Part shown: one piece after another, positions 59,001-64,000 of the stretch
How the letters are laid out: every line of letters starts with the position of its first letter
Position numbering within the stretch: position 1 is the stretch's first letter
Assembly: GCA_008080735.1 (NCBI GenBank)
Contig: SHMW01000005.1
Location: forward strand, 24,135 to 88,134
Direction of reading: 5' to 3'
DNA from: Promethearchaeota archaeon
Lineage (GTDB): Archaea > Asgardarchaeota > Lokiarchaeia > Sigyniarchaeales > SOKP01
Length of the DNA: 64,000 bases
Made by a program: the position numbers and the translations under genes
The notes under the pieces: model-generated
Database searches by the model: none
Told to the model about the DNA's origin: nothing
Seen by the model: only the letters and a program-made list of their open reading frames with translations

Positions 59001-60059
59001 TGGCAAAGCACCCAAATAGGCTGTGTCTGTATCGATGCCTAGAGTATTAATACTTGCCACACCAGTACTGTTGTAGGTATCATTAATGTATCCAAACTCA
59101 AAATTAATGCCACTTCTAGAAACATAAGCTAAAGAATGTCTGTCAAATGTAGTAGATATATTAATATATCCGCTTGCAGTTTGAACGCCACTGGAAGCAT
59201 AATAACCAATGTTGATTGAGGATGAGCCTATCGATTCTGCATAAATATATTGATAATTCCCTAATAAATCTTCTTCGCCGTATATAATATACTTATCGCC
59301 ACCACTAGGTTTTATCCAAGAACCAATAGTCCATTCATTAGAATTGGACATTACTTTATAATCAACACCACTAGCTACTTCTACATAATTGTTTCCATGA
59401 AGATAGTATACTGGTTGATTATTTACACCCTGAAAACTAAAGTTGCTGTCATCAAATCCACGATACCGACTAAAATTATCGTTGACAGATAAATCCCAAG
59501 CTATTCTATCATTGTTAGTAGCTGCTCCATGATGAGTAATAATACCAGACGCATTATGTGATCTTAATGCTGTGGCGGTAGCGTCTGTAGCATAACCTTC
59601 TCTTGGGTCATATGGAGATGTGACACTAGAAGATGATACTGATACTCCAGATGCTTCATAACCAGCTTCAAATAAGTATGATACATCATTGTCAATAATG
59701 AAATCTTTGGCAGAGTTATCTTCATAAATTATTAATTTATTATTATAAGCACCAAACTTAACAGTACCGTCACCACTAGTATTAACTAAATTAGTATATC
59801 CCAAAGAGGTTGTTACATCTTCAACTGTTTTAGAATATTCTCCACTAGGATGGTCAAATTTAAAAGCATAATAAGAACCACTAGCAGAGGAATGCCTAAC
59901 TCTGGCTTCAACATAATTGTCGCTGACTAATGAAGGAATAGACAAACTTATTAGCATATTGTGACTAGAAACTACGCTATATCCGCTTGTCTGTGCTACT
60001 GAATTGCCTTCTGATGTATACGAAGGCTGAAATAATAGTGGTATTAAATTAGGCTTCAT
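56064..60059 (-). CDS. Putative tail/baseplate protein with N-terminal LamG/concanavalin-like domain
   Basis: WTIGSWIKP...YFTGYLG (LamG-like), then FMGCS......IGW......L.V.LVED, YGPW, DESLVPWN. Confidence 0.7.
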   Translation of the reverse strand: MKPNLIPLLFQPSYTSEGNSVAQTSGYSVVSSHNMLISLSIPSLVSDNYVEARVRHSSASGSYYAFKFDHPSGEYSKTVEDVTTSLGYTNLVNTSGDGTVKFGAYNNKLIIYEDNSAKDFIIDNDVSYLFEAGYEASGVSVSSSSVTSPYDPREGYATDATATALRSHNASGIITHHGAATNNDRIAWDLSVNDNFSRYRGFDDSNFSFQGVNNQPVYYLHGNNYVEVASGVDYKVMSNSNEWTIGSWIKPSGGDKYIIYGEEDLLGNYQYIYAESIGSSSINIGYYASSGVQTASGYINISTTFDRHSLAYVSRSGINFEFGYINDTYNSTGVASINTLGIDTDTAYLGALPFTNPSNNYFTGYLGTTFWSYSQIPNSDLLDIWDESVRISGYNAAQIYKQTAGQSDITAENRVYKFMGCSLLSMNSTIGWNSVATSLSVTLVEDTESGDSFDEPTPPALYAISLPSGGIDAPLFYDNINLNPDSYDPSNTPFYFCGICSSWTEDTINSGGRTINVNMVDPREILSGVEVILGNWSLSHNFGEGQPRFDNVSNILDVFGFYDHGWTSNRNDKGMQWTKIQYALEHMRAVVFGINFEFIFTGEAFNDAPSWYRISNLTMDLISLITKIVNDGGSDLVIIARKVNNNTATIEFKAIRREDDNALLKTEITSFINNRAKIVNKANIGKEFKNEPSSKVIAGGKRNSSYVAYPTEYYNFGSGYDSFPTNITTRLFSNDDTFQVGSIFPFWGFGSTSGHPMATPFLPLDHIAFSREDIKNDIPLVEIETKRYKVRSFSHNDMFISNDGQSDYRPWCVASGYEFDSGQYANKSRGLPLNTEVLRAALVGEYPFYTVYNQYYPEIADRLNFPTFDTTGISGAFSSNSINLSKINVLPYTYVDPLNNSNDAANAAALFDFRRQVWKWVYEYAAEYMGSKFVVTLPYSYTMHRIWSNQSVPTYKNRPEIEYFVADRSYWETLPSEFDGLANGTGSGYQNLVDQEKQIIDRFMAEDGRFYPMVAIDWKPSGNANYSSNGNNRVMFQDLPTSEFAPNRIAEGNPDYIFSSADIVQIAHRPDLALVTLPSQISFDPLDSYDDLINFNADDQKTTWKIKRGGIVKWLNVLSDKDDNLKWLKEQVGTTEFKKALVRWSEQISTHTNKKYSYVFADEYLMDLKAVIIPLTSNLVTYGPWYYEDSVVNGMVDIDVDESLVPWNFERPTTGSWDANLDAAGEERLARSLSDLEYIDNASITVAGFPEYGLASNLGFNSNILGMAVTFDIGGITTTYNMSSYRGLPGDYRKSDYDQLTRLASDSEIKPTENVNFEHRAFGIGRNRFRK

Positions 60060-61575
60060 TAGATCTTGAAACTAAAGTAGAAAATAATCTTGTGTTACCA
60101 TTCGCTAGTCCTGATACCGAAACCAGTGCGGAAACACCAGCACTAATTCTATTTGAAGATTCATTATAAACAAACATACCTGTATTGTTGATACCAGACA
60201 TATTTTGATTAGAAATTAATAATGAACCATCTCTATCTGTTACATTTAACTTGACACCAGAAATATTGGTTATAATATCTGCATTTCTGTAATAAAATGC
60301 TGTATATTCATCACGCGATTGAGAATCATCGAAATTAACTTGTACATTCGCATGATATACATCTTCTTCATCATCCAGTAGTACTTTACGACCATCAAAC
60401 GACCATACACCCGATGCATCTGCTGAATAAATATTTGTAACACCATCACCGATTGTAGTAATAGCATCTCTATTAATAGCACAGTTAATACAATCAATAT
60501 TGCCATTAATTGTTACTGCTTGATAATTTGTACCAATTAAATCGAATGAACAGTTTATGGCTGTTATATTGCAACCAGATGTTTCTGATTGCAACGCACC
60601 ATCAATAGTATTATTAAACTGTTTTATACGACAGTTTCTTATTACAACTTGAGCGTTACTTCCAACAGAGTTTACAGGAGGCTGTTCAGCGTGGCTTTCA
60701 ATCAAGTTGATTTCAGCATCTATAAATCCACCATCACATTCCAATGCGTGTCCAGAACATTTTATATGGTTCACTTTTATAAAAGTTCGGGATGGTGAAT
60801 TGACATTATCAACCGTTCCATCTGATGATTCAATATAGTTTCCAACAAAATCGATATGAGCATCTTCATTACCAATTACTCTAGACTCGCTAACAACTCT
60901 ATCTACTTCACAATAAACACTAGAACTATTAGACAATTTTAAAAAATCTAATGTTGTATTAAAACAACCCTTGCCTGTAATATTAAACGTAACGGCACCA
61001 GAAGCATCATCAAACAAATTGCTAGATGTTTGATTGATAGTTGTTCCAGGTAAAAAATTCCAATTTACACCGTTCACCAAGAGATTGGTAGAATTGTTAT
61101 ATATTCCTGGTCCAACATGTATAGTATAACCAGATGACGCTGAATTTTTAGCATTATCTAAAGTTAATTTAGCATTATTCCAAGATCTTCCACTATATGA
61201 ATCATTTCCATCTTTATTAACATATAAAACATTGTTATTATCTTCTAGGTTGACCCTAGTTCTTGGCGAACTAGCATCTAACCATAGATAGCCATCCCAC
61301 CAACCATCAACAGAAGCTTCTGGCAAAATGTTAATACTTGGTGATGTAGTGGGATAAACAATCATACTCCAATTGCCTGATGGCATATCAGATGGAACGG
61401 TATATTGCCAAATAGAACCGGAAGTCCCAAGTCTAGCTGGAGTTACTAGATAGTCATCAAAAGAAGCATCATCCCAAGATTCGGTTGTGGTATTTGTTAC
61501 ATCCCAAGCATATCCATCATCTCTGACAAACAATGATCTTGTTTCGTCTGATGATACATGAAATATTTTAGCCAT
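60049..61575 (-). CDS. Tailspike-like right-handed beta-helix (pectin-lyase-like) protein
   Basis: YVNKDGND..SG.SW..AK.TL..A......TIHVGPGIY followed by N/C/I beta-helix repeats. Confidence 0.75.
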   Translation of the reverse strand: MAKIFHVSSDETRSLFVRDDGYAWDVTNTTTESWDDASFDDYLVTPARLGTSGSIWQYTVPSDMPSGNWSMIVYPTTSPSINILPEASVDGWWDGYLWLDASSPRTRVNLEDNNNVLYVNKDGNDSYSGRSWNNAKLTLDNAKNSASSGYTIHVGPGIYNNSTNLLVNGVNWNFLPGTTINQTSSNLFDDASGAVTFNITGKGCFNTTLDFLKLSNSSSVYCEVDRVVSESRVIGNEDAHIDFVGNYIESSDGTVDNVNSPSRTFIKVNHIKCSGHALECDGGFIDAEINLIESHAEQPPVNSVGSNAQVVIRNCRIKQFNNTIDGALQSETSGCNITAINCSFDLIGTNYQAVTINGNIDCINCAINRDAITTIGDGVTNIYSADASGVWSFDGRKVLLDDEEDVYHANVQVNFDDSQSRDEYTAFYYRNADIITNISGVKLNVTDRDGSLLISNQNMSGINNTGMFVYNESSNRISAGVSALVSVSGLANGNTRLFSTLVSRSNEA

Positions 61576-61577
61576 GA

Positions 61578-61892
61578 TTAACCATCCTTCTCTTCTAATT
61601 CGGCTTCTACGAAAGGTTCGTTTGTAATGCTATCCCATCCTATACGACAACTTTTACAATGAAAACCAGGCGATGGTGTAAATATTAAAGCATCTCGATC
61701 AGCTACGTTACCATCTTCATCAACCGCAGGTTGGTCACGTTTAAACTCGAATGCCTTTTTATTATTAACTTTACCCACAAACGTTTCTTTACGCTTTATA
61801 CCTGAGATAATGGTTCTTGGCATTTTGCCAACCCTTTTATCTTTGTCAAACGATATTGTAACTTCCTTTTTATCCATATTTATTTTTGCCAT
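61578..61892 (-). CDS. Hypothetical protein
   Basis: ORF with AGGAG SD. Confidence 0.7.
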   Translation of the reverse strand: MAKINMDKKEVTISFDKDKRVGKMPRTIISGIKRKETFVGKVNNKKAFEFKRDQPAVDEDGNVADRDALIFTPSPGFHCKSCRIGWDSITNEPFVEAELEEKDG

Positions 61893-61904
61893 TTTATTTC
61901 TCCT

Positions 61905-63536
61905 TTAAATAGTCTTTTGATATGGAGTTAATTTTTCTCCATATTCTAATTGAGCCGCTGTAACCCACATAGATTGCCCAATTACATCATTTGGTTGAAT
62001 TTGTACGTTTAGCTGGTCGCCAGTTGTTAATTCATCTTTTATCCATAAGCGAAACCATCCATCGTCTTCTTCTTCATAACCACCTTCATCACCAATACTA
62101 AGGGAAAATGATTTGGTAGCAAAGGTAAAAGTAAAATCGCAAAAATTTGAGCCACCAGCTCTATAGACTAAGCCGCGACAAGTAGTCGAATCATCTGTCT
62201 TAGTATAAAAAGAATAAATATATGGACCACTTGGATATATAAAATATGGTGAAGAATACCAGTCTTGTTCCACTAATCTAGGCGTTCCTGTGCTGGTTGA
62301 TTCTATTTTAGTAGCAACATTATTGCCCCAAGGATCGTTTGTATCATTAGGTGTTACGTTTATATCAATTTTGCTATCCCAATCATCTAGTGATTCTGAG
62401 TAGGGTAATATATTATGATTAGATATAGACACTAGATTTGGAGAGCTATCATACGGATTCCTTTGATAGTATGTTGCAGTATCTTCAGGTTCAAATTGCG
62501 AAGCTGTGTAATAGGTATAATCGGACACAGAATTAGAATCCACCCTAACCCGAACTGATGTGTCATTATTATTCGTTACATCATCTGCCGTTATATATAA
62601 TCTATACCAATTATTAGGCACTGATTCGTAACCACCACCATCTCCCGTTATCAACGAAAATGATTCGGTGGCAAACGTAAATTCGCCTTGTGCCCTATGA
62701 CCACCGCCAACAGTATTATCTCTTATTACGATGTCGGCTTTATCGTCATTTCCTTGTTTGGTGTATACGCTAAAAGTGTACCATCCAGTATTGTAAGGAA
62801 AATTGGACCATCTATACTCTGCTCTGGGAAAAGATGTTCCAATAGCGGTTATTTTGTTACCACGTAATTTACCCCACGGGTCAAGTATAGAATCTGAGTC
62901 TACCGAAGCATTAATCTGGTTCCAATCAGCATTATCAAATTGATCTGTATATGTTAAAATATTATGATTAGAACGACTATTTATAGTATGGGCACTAGTC
63001 GGTGGCGTTTTTTGATAATTGGTCATAATAGACCCATATTCCAATTGAGCACCAATCATATACACATCACTACTACCACTATCTTCAGGCCCCATCTGTA
63101 CTCTTAATTGATTTCCGTTAGTTATTCCAGCATCTGTGACATAAATTCTATACCAACCGTCAATTTTTTCTTCATATCCACAACTATCACCAGTGTCTAA
63201 AGATATAGATTCTGTAGAAAATGTAAAAGTAGCTTTTGCTATATTACTAGAAGTAGTTACATCTCTTATAGTTATAAATGCAGAGTCTCCTTCAGAAGCT
63301 TGTTTACAATAGACACTAGCTGTATATGTATCGCTAGGACCATTAAATGGATCTATTTCATAGTAGGCAGAAGGATAACTTCCTGTTCTAGAAATAAGAT
63401 CAGCAGAATTTCCACCCCAAGGATCAGAAGATTGATTATCACTAACAGTAGCGTTATTAGAACCCCATCCTGTTCCACTTAAATCCTCAGAAGGATTAAT
63501 TAAGTTATGATTACTAATACTTATAACTTTAGACAT
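61905..63536 (-). CDS. Virion fibre protein with three tandem CBM-like beta-sandwich repeats
   Basis: Three ~180-aa units, each SNHN.L...W...DPWG...FTF.T...GYE....WYR...AQLE.....T.YQ. Confidence 0.8.
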   Translation of the reverse strand: MSKVISISNHNLINPSEDLSGTGWGSNNATVSDNQSSDPWGGNSADLISRTGSYPSAYYEIDPFNGPSDTYTASVYCKQASEGDSAFITIRDVTTSSNIAKATFTFSTESISLDTGDSCGYEEKIDGWYRIYVTDAGITNGNQLRVQMGPEDSGSSDVYMIGAQLEYGSIMTNYQKTPPTSAHTINSRSNHNILTYTDQFDNADWNQINASVDSDSILDPWGKLRGNKITAIGTSFPRAEYRWSNFPYNTGWYTFSVYTKQGNDDKADIVIRDNTVGGGHRAQGEFTFATESFSLITGDGGGYESVPNNWYRLYITADDVTNNNDTSVRVRVDSNSVSDYTYYTASQFEPEDTATYYQRNPYDSSPNLVSISNHNILPYSESLDDWDSKIDINVTPNDTNDPWGNNVATKIESTSTGTPRLVEQDWYSSPYFIYPSGPYIYSFYTKTDDSTTCRGLVYRAGGSNFCDFTFTFATKSFSLSIGDEGGYEEEDDGWFRLWIKDELTTGDQLNVQIQPNDVIGQSMWVTAAQLEYGEKLTPYQKTI

Positions 63537-63545
63537 TATTTACCT

Positions 63546-64000
63546 TTATGACAGCGTAACGCTTGGCAATCCTGAAAACGCAGTTTCTCCGTCTCCAATC
63601 GCCAAAATGTGTGTATCAGTAGAGTATCCCATTTCTCCTGGTTCTAACACCTCTGTAGATAATGTTGTTTCTAATCCACGCCTAATAAGTATAACACTTT
63701 GATTATTATTGTCAAAATCTGTTGCTAGATAACCATTTGCAACATTGGCTTGGTTATCGGTTATGTGTTCTGTCATACTACCACTTTCACAGAACGTAAA
63801 TTTATGAGTATTTTGATTATAATAAAATGTACCGTTTTCGGCACCACTTGGTTGTGATGCAACTGGTTTTAACCTTACACCATTGTTGGTCCACAAATAC
63901 ACTGCGTTTGATTGTAAAGCTGTTTTTCCAGAACCAATTATAGTTACATAATCGTTTCCACCATCGTTTAAGCTATCTCCAGACAAAAAATTATTACTAC
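63546..64000 (-). CDS. Tail-fibre-related protein with Mtd/hyaluronidase N-terminal-type motif (5' end beyond the window)
   Basis: IRRG........L.PGE.GY.TDT..L.IGDG.TAF..LP; the frame is open to the window edge. Confidence 0.75.
   Translation of the reverse strand, partial: SNNFLSGDSLNDGGNDYVTIIGSGKTALQSNAVYLWTNNGVRLKPVASQPSGAENGTFYYNQNTHKFTFCESGSMTEHITDNQANVANGYLATDFDNNNQSVILIRRGLETTLSTEVLEPGEMGYSTDTHILAIGDGETAFSGLPSVTLS

Noticed and set aside
1-64000. Stop-codon reassignment, suggested by the tRNA-Gln
   Set aside because: The anticodon is TTG, not a suppressor. Genes are full length under the standard code and TAA, TAG and TGA all serve as stops.
63546-64000. DGR target implied by the Mtd-like motif
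   Set aside because: The motif is the common N-terminal-type fibre domain, not the variable C-type lectin region, and no template repeat is seen.

Overview
AT-rich, gene-dense segment of a large (jumbo-type) tailed bacteriophage genome, standard genetic code. From about 0.5 to 48.9 kb the genes lie on the + strand. They include a sigma factor, SSB, tRNA-Gln, a class II ribonucleotide reductase with a 121-aa mini-intein, DHFR, dUTPase, and a replisome (RecA, DnaB, DnaG, dNMP kinase, RecB/Cas4-like nuclease, and a DNA polymerase III alpha split into two genes with no intein). Interspersed is a large glycan-biosynthesis arsenal: about 10 glycosyltransferases, two sulfotransferase domains, several methyltransferases, GDP-mannose 3,5-epimerase and an FdtA/DegT amino-sugar pair. 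From about 48.9 to 64 kb the genes lie on the - strand: a small island with a PAPS-reductase-family gene, then large virion/tail proteins. The lead hypothesis is a phage-encoded virion glycosylation system. The virion proteins are strongly and directionally enriched in the dipeptide Ser-Gly (about 45 SG versus about 17 GS, 12 NG, 12 DG and 5 TG in the 1737-aa protein, counted by hand), which resembles the Ser-Gly acceptor of proteoglycans and co-occurs with exostosin-like, fucosyl- and sulfo-transferases. All functional calls come from motif recognition by eye; no database searches were run.
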